Below the pieces are notes generated by a model. It ran no database searches and had not been told where the DNA came from. It saw nothing but the letters and a program-made list of their open reading frames with translations. A DNA stretch of 55,033 nt, taken from positions 1 to 55,033 of the forward strand of contig JBGCEP010000044.1 of NCBI GenBank assembly GCA_045106415.1. Reading direction: 5' to 3'. Shown here piece after piece: positions 41,225 through 50,692 of this stretch. Source of the stretch: Oligoflexales bacterium. Its GTDB lineage: Bacteria > Bdellovibrionota_B > Oligoflexia > Oligoflexales > Bog-1112. Positions within the stretch are counted from its first letter, which is position 1, and every line of letters begins with the position of its first letter. Both the position numbers and the translations under genes were made by a program.

Positions 41225-42418
41225 TTACTGAATAATGTCACTTACGACACCAGCACCCACAGTTCGGCCACCTTCACGGATAGCAAAACGGAGCTCTTTG
41301 TCCATAGCAACAGGGTTGATCAATTCAACCTCAATGTCAATGTTGTCTCCTGGCATAACCATTTCAACATCATCAGGAAGCTTTACTGAACCAGTAATGT
41401 CAGTTGTTCTGAAGTAGAACTGAGGACGGTACCCTTTGAAGAAAGGAGTGTGTCGACCACCCTCTTCTTTAGTCAAGACATAGACCTGCGCCTTAAACTT
41501 AGTGTGTGGGTTAATTGAACCCGGAGCAGCAAGAACTTGTCCACGAAGAACATCTTCACGCTTGACACCACGAAGTAGGATACCTACGTTGTCACCCGCT
41601 TGACCTTGGTCAAGAAGCTTACGGAACATCTCAACGCCAGTACAAGTTGTCTTGACTGTGTCTTTGATACCAACAATCTCAATCTCTTCACCAACTTTAA
41701 CGATACCTTTTTCAATACGGCCAGTTACAACAGTACCACGACCAGAAATTGAGAAAACATCTTCAATTGGCATAATAAATTTCTGATCAAGAGCACGCTC
41801 TGGAATCGGAATTTCTTTGTCACAAGCAGTAATTAGCTCAACGATTGCCTGAGCAGCTGGGGTTTCATGAGTATCAGACTCAAGAGCTTTCAAAGCAGAA
41901 CCACGAATCACAGGAATATCATCCCCTGGAAATTGGTACGCACTAAGAAGTTCGCGAACCTCGATCTCTACAAGATCAAGAAGCTCTTCATCATCAACCA
42001 TGTCACACTTGTTAAGGAAAACAACAATCTTAGGAACACCAACTTGGCGAGCCAGAAGAATGTGTTCACGCGTCTGCGGCATTGGACCATCAGAAGCACT
42101 TACCACAAGAATCCCGCCGTCCATCTGCGCAGCACCTGTAATCATGTTTTTCACATAATCGGCGTGACCTGGGCAGTCAACGTGAGCATAGTGACGCTCT
42201 GGAGACTCATACTCTACGTGAGCAGTCGAGATAGTGATACCACGAGCTTTTTCTTCAGGAGCCTTATCGATTTCATCGAAAGCTTTCGCTTGGCCGCCGT
42301 TTGCAAGGCTCATGATTTTTGTGATCGCAGCTGTCAGTGTCGTCTTACCGTGGTCGACGTGTCCGATAGTTCCGATGTTTACATGGGGTTTGGTTCGTTC
42401 AAATTTTTCTTTTGCCAT
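41225..42418 (-). CDS. tuf: Elongation factor Tu
   Basis: [48 protein letters not shown]; true start ATG 42418 (397 aa); the longer ORF call runs through tRNA genes. Confidence 0.99.
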   Translation of the reverse strand: MAKEKFERTKPHVNIGTIGHVDHGKTTLTAAITKIMSLANGGQAKAFDEIDKAPEEKARGITISTAHVEYESPERHYAHVDCPGHADYVKNMITGAAQMDGGILVVSASDGPMPQTREHILLARQVGVPKIVVFLNKCDMVDDEELLDLVEIEVRELLSAYQFPGDDIPVIRGSALKALESDTHETPAAQAIVELITACDKEIPIPERALDQKFIMPIEDVFSISGRGTVVTGRIEKGIVKVGEEIEIVGIKDTVKTTCTGVEMFRKLLDQGQAGDNVGILLRGVKREDVLRGQVLAAPGSINPHTKFKAQVYVLTKEEGGRHTPFFKGYRPQFYFRTTDITGSVKLPDDVEMVMPGDNIDIEVELINPVAMDKELRFAIREGGRTVGAGVVSDIIQ

Positions 42419-42558
42419 CGCTCTTTCTCTTTCCTTTTGCTGACTTGAGCTACACACCCTCGAAAATGAGAGGGCGCGAAACATTATAACCCGCCCGCCA
42501 GCTTCGTACCAGAAAGACAAAGGTCCCTGGAGACGACCTGCGGCTAAGTCTACATCCG

Positions 42559-42633
42559 TGGAGCCCGAGACGGGAATTGAACCCGTGGCCCCGTCCTTAC
42601 CAAGGACGCGCTCTACCCCTGAGCTACCCGGGC
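42559..42633 (-). tRNA. tRNA-Thr(GGT)
   Basis: GCCCGGG/CTCGGGC acceptor, CGTCC-TTGGTAA-GGACG anticodon arm, encoded CCA. Confidence 0.96.
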
Positions 42634-42653
42634 GAGGCTCCATTAGGGTCAGA

Positions 42654-42730
42654 TGGAGCGGGAGACGGGATTCGAACCCGCGACCCTTAGCTTGGAAGGC
42701 TAATGCTCTAGCCAGCTGAGCTACTCCCGC
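42654..42730 (-). tRNA. tRNA-Gly(TCC)
   Basis: GCGGGAG/CTCCCGC acceptor, TTAGC-CTTCCAA-GCTAA anticodon arm, encoded CCA. Confidence 0.96.
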
Positions 42731-42748
42731 ATACTGCATTCGGACATC

Positions 42749-42834
42749 TGGTGGAGGGGATAGGATTCGAACCTATGTAGACCGAAGTCAACGGGTTTAC
42801 AGCCCGCCCCCATTGGCCGCTCGGGCACCCCTCC
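42749..42834 (-). tRNA. tRNA-Tyr(GTA)
   Basis: GGAGGGG/CCCCTCC acceptor, GCGGG-CTGTAAA-CCCGT anticodon arm, long variable arm, encoded CCA. Confidence 0.96.
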
Positions 42835-42841
42835 TCAAAGC

Positions 42842-42917
42842 TGGAGCTGGCTATAGGAGTCGAACCTACGACCTGCTGATTACAAATCAGCTGCTCTACC
42901 AACTGAGCTAAGCCAGC
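42842..42917 (-). tRNA. tRNA-Thr(TGT)
   Basis: GCTGGCT/AGCCAGC acceptor, GCTGA-TTTGTAA-TCAGC anticodon arm, encoded CCA. Confidence 0.96.
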
Positions 42918-42970
42918 TCAAGACTTGTGCCGAAAACAGTTTCCATCAGCATCTGCCCGATGGAAAAGGA

Positions 42971-42999
42971 TTAATAACCTAGAACACTATGGTCGTCAA
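42971..42999 (-). promoter_or_regulatory. Putative sigma70 promoter of the tRNA-tuf operon
   Basis: Minus strand TTGACG, 17 nt spacer, TATTAA; about 55 nt upstream of tRNA-Thr(TGT). Confidence 0.5.
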
Positions 43000-43016
43000 C
43001 CCTTCGTTTTAAAAAA

Positions 43017-43727
43017 TTATTTTTTTTTCGCCCAGCCTTGCATCAAAATACCGGCAGCAACACTAACATTAAGCGATTGTATACCCTCTTTAGCACTAGG
43101 TATACAAACAGCCAAATCACAATTCTTACGAACACTGCCGGAAAGACCTTTATCCTCAGATCCGAGAACAATCACCACTTTTTTATACCCAACAGCAACA
43201 GCTTCAGCCATCGTCGTTCCGTCAACATCAGCGCCTAAAACCCAATATCCAAGATCTTTTAATTTCTGAAGTGTCCGAGCAAGATTTGTCACTGCAACAA
43301 AATCAGTCACAGCAAACCCTCCTTGCGCCGTTGATACAGCCGCTGGGGTCAGCCCTACTTGCCTGTCTTTTGGCGCAATAACATAAGGAACCCCAAAAAA
43401 ACCGGCACTTCTAACGACAGCACCCAAATTTCTTGGATCTGTAACATGATCCAAAGCAACTAAAACAGAGGGCTCATCACGAATAACCGCATCTAATAAG
43501 TCCACATCATTTCGCGCTTCAATATGAACATCAACACGAATCCCTGAATCGCGAGCCTCAGCCTGAACCCCACATTGAGCAAAGCATTGGATATATTTTT
43601 CTGGACACTCAACGCTTTTAACTCTTTCCGGAGCAAATTTTGCAAAATCTAAAGCCGCAGACACACTATCTAGGGTAAAGATTTTTGAGTTCGTCGGGCG
43701 TGATTTTTTCGAGTTTTTGTGTTTCAT
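43017..43727 (-). CDS. rlmB: TrmH/SpoU family RNA 2'-O-methyltransferase (RlmB-like)
   Basis: ALDHVTDPRNLGAVVRSA, IVLGSEDKGL, IQSLNVSVAAGI (SPOUT motifs). Confidence 0.8.
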   Translation of the reverse strand: MKHKNSKKSRPTNSKIFTLDSVSAALDFAKFAPERVKSVECPEKYIQCFAQCGVQAEARDSGIRVDVHIEARNDVDLLDAVIRDEPSVLVALDHVTDPRNLGAVVRSAGFFGVPYVIAPKDRQVGLTPAAVSTAQGGFAVTDFVAVTNLARTLQKLKDLGYWVLGADVDGTTMAEAVAVGYKKVVIVLGSEDKGLSGSVRKNCDLAVCIPSAKEGIQSLNVSVAAGILMQGWAKKK

Positions 43728-44862
43728 AACGATCCTGAGTACTTAAAAAAGAGACACCACTCATCTGCTGCAGCAAGTGAAGCAGGAAGGTAACACGTCT
43801 CTGAAAAGCTGCAACATGAACTGTTAAGTGCTCAGCCTGAATCATCATATGATCAACTGAGACAGAATCCAAATAACCAGAATCATTCAAAAAAAGGCAC
43901 GGGAGGCTTTGCATCGAACAATTCAAAGAAAAAGCATGCTCTCTTAGCGGCTCCACCCAATTCAAATCATCAGACCTCTCCAAAACAAAGCCCACTGAAT
44001 CTTGATATTGCTTAAAAACATCAAAAAGACCTTGGTTTTTAACTATATTCTGAGAGGGGTTTAAAATCGGTGGCCGAACCCAACCTCTCGCAATAACATT
44101 AAGCAGAGCAACCCATGTCCTGACAGCGCCTAAGCGAGAAGCAACCAAAAGATCCCGCGGAGCTGGTGCACCTTGCAAGATTTCCAGGAAGTCTCCCAAA
44201 AATGTGCCTGTGGCTGTAACACCAGGAATACCTGTAATTTCAAACGCCTCGTCAGGAAGAACTCGCTCGACAAAGCTTTGTAAAACAACGCCATCACCCC
44301 AAGCCGCGTCTAGCACAGACTTTGTTCCCTCGAGTAACACAATTTCCTGCGGCGCTCTAATTTGATCAATAACTTCAACACAAACAACAGGGTACTGAAA
44401 AAAAGACTGGACAATTTGACGCACCTGCAGAGCTAAAGATTCTAACAACTCAGAATGATCAAAAACAGACGACTGAATCAGCACTTCACCAAACCGCTTA
44501 TCCTTGGTCACACGCACAGCACAATCCATTTGGGTTTCAATAGATAAACGCCCCTGACGGAACAGCACCTCACCTAGCCGATCCTCCATGACCTCACTCG
44601 TGGCAAAAACAATCTCACCACAGCGAAAATACACTGCCTTTTTGCCGTCTGGGGCATAGAAATAAAAAACACCAGTCCATCGTTGCGCAACACATTCCAG
44701 CATCATCCTGTAAAGATAAACACCTTGAATTTCGCCCGCAAACCCAAAATTCCCCTTCGATATAAGAACATGAGAACCGAACGCACGCGCCGTAATACCC
44801 GCTCGTTCTTGATGCTCGATTCTCAACACTTGTCCATCAATAGAGTACTCTTCGGTTTTCAT
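43666..44862 (-). CDS. DUF4388 (PatA_N-like) domain protein with tandem RLGE.L (MshEN-like) motifs
   Basis: FAGEI...RWTGVFYF...KKAVYFRCGEIVFATS..EDRLGEVL; start ATG 44862 after GGAG. Confidence 0.7.
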   Translation of the reverse strand: MKTEEYSIDGQVLRIEHQERAGITARAFGSHVLISKGNFGFAGEIQGVYLYRMMLECVAQRWTGVFYFYAPDGKKAVYFRCGEIVFATSEVMEDRLGEVLFRQGRLSIETQMDCAVRVTKDKRFGEVLIQSSVFDHSELLESLALQVRQIVQSFFQYPVVCVEVIDQIRAPQEIVLLEGTKSVLDAAWGDGVVLQSFVERVLPDEAFEITGIPGVTATGTFLGDFLEILQGAPAPRDLLVASRLGAVRTWVALLNVIARGWVRPPILNPSQNIVKNQGLFDVFKQYQDSVGFVLERSDDLNWVEPLREHAFSLNCSMQSLPCLFLNDSGYLDSVSVDHMMIQAEHLTVHVAAFQRRVTFLLHLLQQMSGVSFLSTQDRYETQKLEKITPDELKNLYPR

Positions 44863-44978
44863 AGCAACGCTCCAGGTGTAAACAGCCATCTTCATCAAAT
44901 AAAAAGAAAAATCTATATACCCATCATACGATGGAAATAAAAAAATCAGATCTTTACAATGACACAATCAACAACGTA

Positions 44979-46334
44979 TTAACTTCCATTAGCAACATCA
45001 ATATCGTATTGCTTCAACTTGCGATGAAGATTTGATCTTTCAACACCTATAGCTTCTGCTGTTTTAGAGATATTGCCTTCGTTTTCAGCCAATTTCTCTA
45101 CAATAAAGCTACGTTCAAAATGTGATTTTGCTTCTCTTAGTGTTAGATCTTGCTTAGGAGCACTTATCGATTGCCCAACAATATTTTCCGGAAGATCCCT
45201 GAGTTGAATCTCCTCCTCAGAGACCAGAATCATTAATCTTTCAACTAAGTTTTTAAGCTCTCTCACATTTCCTGGCCAAGCATAACTCTGTAAAGCTTTC
45301 TCTGCGTTCTCAGAAAACTTCTTCGACTTTTCTCCCAACCTCAGCGCAACCTCTTCCATAAAATGTTGGATCAAAAGAAGAACATCATTCTTGCGCTTAC
45401 GTAAAGGTGACATTTCTAGCGGGATAACGTTTAAACGATAATATAAATCTTCTCGAAACATTCCTTTTGATATCAATTTCGGCAAGTCTTTATTCGTGGC
45501 AGCAATCACCCTCACATCAACAGAAACCGTTTCAACTCCACCAACTTTTTCAAAACTCTGCTCTTGAAGGATTCTTAAAATTTTCGATTGCGTTTTAAGA
45601 GTCATATCTCCTATTTCATCCAAGAAGAGAGTCCCTTTATGCGCTTGCTCAAACCTTCCTATACGACTTTCAACAGCATGAGTAAAAGCCCCTTTAGCGT
45701 GCCCAAAAAGCTCCGTTTCAATAAGATCCTCAGGAATAGCAGCACAGTTTACAGCCACAAAAGGTTGATTTGAACGAGAACTATTCAAGTGTATGTTTCG
45801 AGCAACAACTTCTTTACCTGTCCCATTTTCTCCCGTAATCAAAACCCAACTATGCCGAGGAGCTATCATCGCTATCTGACGACGCATAGAGCTTATATCT
45901 TCTGAGACACCAATAAGCTCATACCCTTCTTTAAGGGTTTTTTTATGCGTTTTCTTCATACGGAACAAACGAAATGCATGCTCCAACAATGGGATAATCT
46001 TATCCAGTGAAAGCGGTTTTTCTAAAAAATCCAAAGCACCCACTCTTGTTGCTTTTACCGCTGTTTCTATAGAACCATGCCCACTCATAACAACAACCAA
46101 AAGATCAGGATGAATCTCCTTTATAGCTTGCAAAGCTTCAATGCCATCCATGCCATCCATCCACACATCAAGAAAGACAAGGTCATACTTTTTATGCCTA
46201 CAAACCTCTACAGCATCAAAACCTGAGTAAACACTTTGCGAAACCCAACCCTCATCACTCAAGACACCAGAGAGACTCTCACAAATACTTTTTTCATCAT
46301 CAACAATTAAAGCTAGAGGCTTAGACACTGTCAT
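44979..46334 (-). CDS. ntrX: Sigma54-type response regulator (NtrX/NtrC-like; REC-AAA+-HTH)
   Basis: LIVDDE, FLDVWM, MSGHG, GENGTGKE, GAFTHA, LFLDEIGDM, WPGNVREL, Fis-type HTH; start ATG 46334 overlapping the end of ntrY. Confidence 0.85.
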   Translation of the reverse strand: MTVSKPLALIVDDEKSICESLSGVLSDEGWVSQSVYSGFDAVEVCRHKKYDLVFLDVWMDGMDGIEALQAIKEIHPDLLVVVMSGHGSIETAVKATRVGALDFLEKPLSLDKIIPLLEHAFRLFRMKKTHKKTLKEGYELIGVSEDISSMRRQIAMIAPRHSWVLITGENGTGKEVVARNIHLNSSRSNQPFVAVNCAAIPEDLIETELFGHAKGAFTHAVESRIGRFEQAHKGTLFLDEIGDMTLKTQSKILRILQEQSFEKVGGVETVSVDVRVIAATNKDLPKLISKGMFREDLYYRLNVIPLEMSPLRKRKNDVLLLIQHFMEEVALRLGEKSKKFSENAEKALQSYAWPGNVRELKNLVERLMILVSEEEIQLRDLPENIVGQSISAPKQDLTLREAKSHFERSFIVEKLAENEGNISKTAEAIGVERSNLHRKLKQYDIDVANGS

Positions 46335-48528
46335 TCTCCATCGGTAGTTCAACAACCACACAGGTCCCCTGGTGATCATGGTTTTCAAATCGGAACTCAC
46401 CATGATGTTCTGCAACAATTTGCTCAACAATTGCTAAACCAAGACCCGTACCTGTTTCTTTCGTCGAATAATAAGGTTCGATTACACGCTTTTTAAGATG
46501 ATCTGGAATCCCCGGCCCATCATCCAAAACTTCAATGCGAAGTTTATTGTTTCGTTGCGACACGATCACGTTGATTCGTCCTCGCCCTCCCATTGCCTCA
46601 ACACCATTGCTTATAATATTAAAAAAAGCTCTTTTCATTTGCTCGCAATCAACCTGTATAGCACTCAAATTCTCAAAGCCTTCTTGAGTCATTTTAACGT
46701 CAGGGTAGCTGCTTTTAAATAAAAAGATCATTTCCTCTAGAGTTTTTTGAAAATTATTTGAATCTTTTTTAACACGTGGAAGTCTGGCGAATTTAGAAAA
46801 CTCATCAACCAAACCTCTCAGGTTTTCCACCTGCGCAAGAATCGCCTGAAGACACTCTTGCAAAACTTTTTGGTCGTCATTATTTAGTTTATTATCTAAT
46901 CGACGAAGAAGCCTTTGCGCATTCAATTGTATTGGAGTCACAGGGTTTTTAATCTCATGAGCTATACGACGCGCCACTTCCTTCCAAGCTGCGATTCTAT
47001 CGACCTTTGAGCGTTCCCTAGCATCATCGAAAACAATCACCAACCCCATATCAACATGATTCTCTCGCACACGCGTTGCATCCACAATCATAGAGGAATC
47101 TTGCCCCACATCAATTTGTTGGTGCAAAGAATCACGGTGAAGCATTAATTCCACAACCTCTTTAATAAATTCCCCACCTCGCCCCTTTAGGCGATCTACA
47201 CCGCACCCTATTAATTTTGATGAATGAACAGCTAACATCTTTGCAGCCGCATCATTACACGAAGACACATTTAAGCCAGCATCCAAAGAAACAACACCCG
47301 CAGTAATATGCTGCAAGACTGCCTCCATCGCATGACGCCTCCGATCCAGCTCTCGGTTACTTTGCTGTAGATCTCGTTGAGTCTGCTGAGTAAGGCTTCT
47401 TTGCACCGTCAGGTCTTGCGTCATTTTATTAAACGCACGGACCACCTCACCAATCTCATCATCATGAACCTCTGCTAAGGTTACAGCATAATTGCCTACA
47501 GCAACTTGCCTTGTCGCACTCGCAAGGTCCTCCAAAGGCCCAATAATGCTTCTCGCAACATGGAAACCCATCCAAATTGCTGAAAAAACAATAAAAAGAG
47601 CAATAACCATCATAGGAATCACAAAACCCATTCGAATCAATTGTGCTCCTGGACGTAAATCTGAGAATTCGTCAATGACCTGTTCTATACTCTTTAAAAT
47701 CTGAGCTTCAAATTGAACTTCTGTTAGAACAACACCTAAAAGACGCCCAGACATTGTATCCGTAATAGGAGTTACTCCTTGGACAAGATCTCTTTGCAGA
47801 CGACTGTTTACTACCGACAACGGACTTAACGACTCTTGAAATGCCACCAACGACTCTTGAACAAAATCTTGTTCTCCCACAACAGGATCGAGCGTTCTAT
47901 TCTCCCAGTACACCTGCCCACCAAGATCATACAACGCAATGCGACTCAAACCGTGATTATCAGCAAAGTTTGTCAACCTCCCAGGTCGGATTTGAGGCAA
48001 GGAATCACCCCAATCAGAAATCACCTCTAAATCAATATGACTTAAAGCCATCTGAGAAAGGCTCTCCATCCTCTTTTGATCCTGACGATAAATCATAGCG
48101 CCAGCATCTCGAGTTTGCTGCATTGTATTTCGAGCTCTCTCAGAAAACCATGTATTAAAACTTTGCGTTACAATTCGAGTGGACACATACGAAAGTAAAA
48201 ATGTCGGTGCCATGGCAAACCCCACAAGCGCAATAATCAACCTCATCGTTAAACGCGAACCAATTTTGCCCTTTTGGCGGTCAGCAACCAGCTTCGCACC
48301 ATACCGAAAAACGGCAACACTTAAACCAATAATTAAAATAACGTAAACATTAATCAATGCGAAATAAACCAGCGTCGCAAAAAACTCTCCACGCCCTGAC
48401 AACTGTTCAGACAGTCCGTACAACCGCCCTTCAAACCGAGAGAGCAAACCAATGAGAGCACAAGACAGTAGAAAAAGAGTAAGCTCCCACATTCTCTTTC
48501 GCTCATAAAAGTCTAGAGGCAGCGCCAC
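46321..48528 (-). CDS. ntrY: Sensor histidine kinase (NtrY-like; TM-HAMP-PAS-HisKA-HATPase)
   Basis: IGSRLTMRL..F...P, SFNTWF, HAMP DDEIGEVVRAFNKM, AAWKEVARRIAHEIKNPVTPIQL, DDGPG, GTGLGL. Confidence 0.88.
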   Translation of the reverse strand: MALPLDFYERKRMWELTLFLLSCALIGLLSRFEGRLYGLSEQLSGRGEFFATLVYFALINVYVILIIGLSVAVFRYGAKLVADRQKGKIGSRLTMRLIIALVGFAMAPTFLLSYVSTRIVTQSFNTWFSERARNTMQQTRDAGAMIYRQDQKRMESLSQMALSHIDLEVISDWGDSLPQIRPGRLTNFADNHGLSRIALYDLGGQVYWENRTLDPVVGEQDFVQESLVAFQESLSPLSVVNSRLQRDLVQGVTPITDTMSGRLLGVVLTEVQFEAQILKSIEQVIDEFSDLRPGAQLIRMGFVIPMMVIALFIVFSAIWMGFHVARSIIGPLEDLASATRQVAVGNYAVTLAEVHDDEIGEVVRAFNKMTQDLTVQRSLTQQTQRDLQQSNRELDRRRHAMEAVLQHITAGVVSLDAGLNVSSCNDAAAKMLAVHSSKLIGCGVDRLKGRGGEFIKEVVELMLHRDSLHQQIDVGQDSSMIVDATRVRENHVDMGLVIVFDDARERSKVDRIAAWKEVARRIAHEIKNPVTPIQLNAQRLLRRLDNKLNNDDQKVLQECLQAILAQVENLRGLVDEFSKFARLPRVKKDSNNFQKTLEEMIFLFKSSYPDVKMTQEGFENLSAIQVDCEQMKRAFFNIISNGVEAMGGRGRINVIVSQRNNKLRIEVLDDGPGIPDHLKKRVIEPYYSTKETGTGLGLAIVEQIVAEHHGEFRFENHDHQGTCVVVELPMENDSV

Positions 48529-48538
48529 GAAAACTCCT

Positions 48539-49225
48539 TCACTTACCGTCTTTTATCTTCAGCCCAACACGCGCAACCACGCCTTGCTCAGGAAGAGTGA
48601 TCAGCATATCTTGATGATACCCTCGGCCCTCAAGCGATTTGGACTTCGGACCCATTTCCACGTGCATGTCTTCATGCTTCAAAACACTTGAAACATCAAT
48701 AATTTGTATTTCATCAGTCTCACAAAGCGTAATCTCGTCACCAGGGTGCACAACTCTGTCTTGCCCATTAATTCGATAACGCACAGAAAAAACTTGGTGA
48801 GCATCAAGTTTTTTTAAGTAGAACCAACCATGAACTTCACGAGCCGTACTAGCCACCACTAGGTAACTCTGCTCCGGGTCTTTCAACTCCCAATAGCGCT
48901 CTAAACCTTTAATACGAACATCATATCCTTGATCCGCTGCATGACCTTTAGGGTTTCTAAAGCCAACAATATTCACAGCGCTAGCTTCATCTCCCGAGGA
49001 TAAATTTGCTTTAACCACCCTCACCGTGTCACTCGGCAAAACTCTCAAAACATCATTAGAACCAACCACATGATGGCGGCCATTCACCTGAATAAAAACC
49101 TCTCTTAGAGTATTTTTTGACTGAACCATTGTTTTATATTTAGGAGGCAGAACAACTCCGTTACTTCTTTGTGCCACCATAAAAAAAACAAAAAAAACAA
49201 CACAACATCTTAAAATTTCTATCAA
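48539..49225 (-). CDS. Exported hypothetical protein (beta-rich)
   Basis: Probable TTG start 49225 after AGGAGA; hydrophobic CCVVFFVFFMVA signal; two similar INGxxxVV/VNGxxxVV segments; 10 bp upstream of ntrY. Confidence 0.65.
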   Translation of the reverse strand: MIEILRCCVVFFVFFMVAQRSNGVVLPPKYKTMVQSKNTLREVFIQVNGRHHVVGSNDVLRVLPSDTVRVVKANLSSGDEASAVNIVGFRNPKGHAADQGYDVRIKGLERYWELKDPEQSYLVVASTAREVHGWFYLKKLDAHQVFSVRYRINGQDRVVHPGDEITLCETDEIQIIDVSSVLKHEDMHVEMGPKSKSLEGRGYHQDMLITLPEQGVVARVGLKIKDGK

Positions 49226-49360
49226 TTCACTCTCCTGAACACACAATCCATAAAAGAACTCTAAACCCATTTACAGAAAAACTATGACATCGGTAAAAAA
49301 TCATCTTTCAAAAAAACATCAGAACAGGTTATTTTCCTCTAGTATAGGAGGCTCATAAAT

Positions 49361-50248
49361 ATGAACTACCATCAACAGCTCGAAGCATTTCAAACGCATC
49401 TTCAAAATCACGGAAAAAGTAAAGCGACCGTTTCAGCTTACAGCCGCGATGTGAAACAATTCACAGAGTATTTAGCTCAGCATCGCATACCACTTGAAAA
49501 AGTTGAAGCGAATACACTTCAGCATTACCAAAAAGATCACAGCCAGATTCGCACAAATTCTATGCGTCGGGCAATCATCAGCATTCGTTTATTCTTCCGT
49601 TATTTAGCAACAACCCATAAAATTCAACACACCCCTTTCGAAGAAGTCAGTATCCCCAATCGAAACGAAGCTCTGCCCACTCAAGTCCGAGTTCAAGAGG
49701 TTCAAAAAATACTACTCCAACCTGACACCAAGACTCTAAAGGGACTAAGAGACAAAGCCCTTCTTACTATTTTAGCTCACGAAGGCCTCAAAGTGACTGA
49801 GATGATCGAATTAAAGTGGGAAGATTTTTTATACGAAAACGCATCCCTCAGGATCCAGCACCAACGCCCCCGTGTCATCAAATGTCACAGAGAAACATCT
49901 GAAAACCTTCAGCAGTACTTCAACAGTTCTCAAATACAATCAGATTGGATTTTTCGATCAATAAAAGCTGACCTCCAGGGCAAAAACAAGATGTCTCGAC
50001 ACGGAATTAAATTTATTCTTTATGAAATCGGTCAACACAGTGGGGTTCCTCACCTCAACGGAGAAATGCTCCGCCATTACGCAACCACCTCATTACTCGA
50101 ACGAGGTTTTTCAGCAGAAGACATCAAACACCATCTTGGTCTTCAACAAATAGGCAATATTGCAAAACACATAAGGAAGCGACATGTCGACGGCATCAAA
50201 TTGGATGAGCCTAGCCTTGTCTCTAGCGAAAACAGCTCAGAACTATGA
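49361..50248 (+). CDS. XerC/XerD-like tyrosine-recombinase-fold protein, catalytic residues degenerate
   Basis: SAM-like N-domain (F..HL..GKSKATVSAYSRDVKQF, SMRRAIISIRLFFRYL), LRDKALL, LRHY; AGGAGG Shine-Dalgarno. Confidence 0.85.
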   Translation: MNYHQQLEAFQTHLQNHGKSKATVSAYSRDVKQFTEYLAQHRIPLEKVEANTLQHYQKDHSQIRTNSMRRAIISIRLFFRYLATTHKIQHTPFEEVSIPNRNEALPTQVRVQEVQKILLQPDTKTLKGLRDKALLTILAHEGLKVTEMIELKWEDFLYENASLRIQHQRPRVIKCHRETSENLQQYFNSSQIQSDWIFRSIKADLQGKNKMSRHGIKFILYEIGQHSGVPHLNGEMLRHYATTSLLERGFSAEDIKHHLGLQQIGNIAKHIRKRHVDGIKLDEPSLVSSENSSEL

Positions 50249-50687
50249 CGAAGTCCCTGTCGGAGCTGTCATTACACATAACGACACCATTATAGCAACT
50301 GCGTTTAACAAAAGAGAGACACTTCACTGTGCATGCGCTCACGCTGAGGTTCTAGCAATCCAAAAAGCCTGCCAGAACCTCGGAAGATGGCGACTTTACG
50401 ACTGCACACTTTACGTCACACTCGAACCTTGCGTTATGTGTGCAGGAGCTGCGTGGCAAGCTCGCATTCCCAACATCTACTACGGGGCAAGCGATCCTAA
50501 AGGTGGGGCCATGGGATCGCTCTACAGCATTCACACAGACGCTCGTTTAAACCATAAAATTGACGTGACCCCAGGTATTGAAGCTTTAGCCTCAAAAGAA
50601 CTGCTACAAAAATTCTTTCGAGCAAGGCGGAAACATAAAAAAGACTCCTTTTTCGATAAAAAGGAGTCTTGTAAACACACTTCTTAA
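50184..50687 (+). CDS. tadA: tRNA adenosine(34) deaminase
   Basis: WMSLAL, EVPVGAVI, AHAE, WRL, TLEPCVMC, ELLQKFFRARR. Confidence 0.92.
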   Translation: MSTASNWMSLALSLAKTAQNYDEVPVGAVITHNDTIIATAFNKRETLHCACAHAEVLAIQKACQNLGRWRLYDCTLYVTLEPCVMCAGAAWQARIPNIYYGASDPKGGAMGSLYSIHTDARLNHKIDVTPGIEALASKELLQKFFRARRKHKKDSFFDKKESCKHTS

Positions 50688-50692
50688 TAAAC

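Noticed and set aside
29283..42448. Numerous plus-strand ORFs (60-193 aa) antisense to rpoC, rpoB, ribosomal protein genes and tuf
   Set aside because: Expected antisense open frames of highly biased conserved genes; no independent motifs seen.
42419..42739. Apparent 107-aa N-terminal extension of EF-Tu in the ORF track
   Set aside because: It reads through tRNA-Gly and tRNA-Thr genes; the canonical MAKEKF start is at 42418.
42708..42902. 64-aa ORF over the tRNA cluster
   Set aside because: It is a translation of tRNA-Thr/Tyr sequence, a common artefact.
45680..45700. GAFTHA instead of GAFTGA in the NtrX-like regulator
   Set aside because: The critical Phe-Thr is retained and variation at this position is common; not evidence of sigma54 independence.
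49361..50687. Prophage/integrative element or deaminase-based defence system suggested by the recombinase-deaminase pair
   Set aside because: No att repeats, phage genes or compositional shift seen; the deaminase has ordinary TadA motifs and the recombinase lacks catalytic residues.
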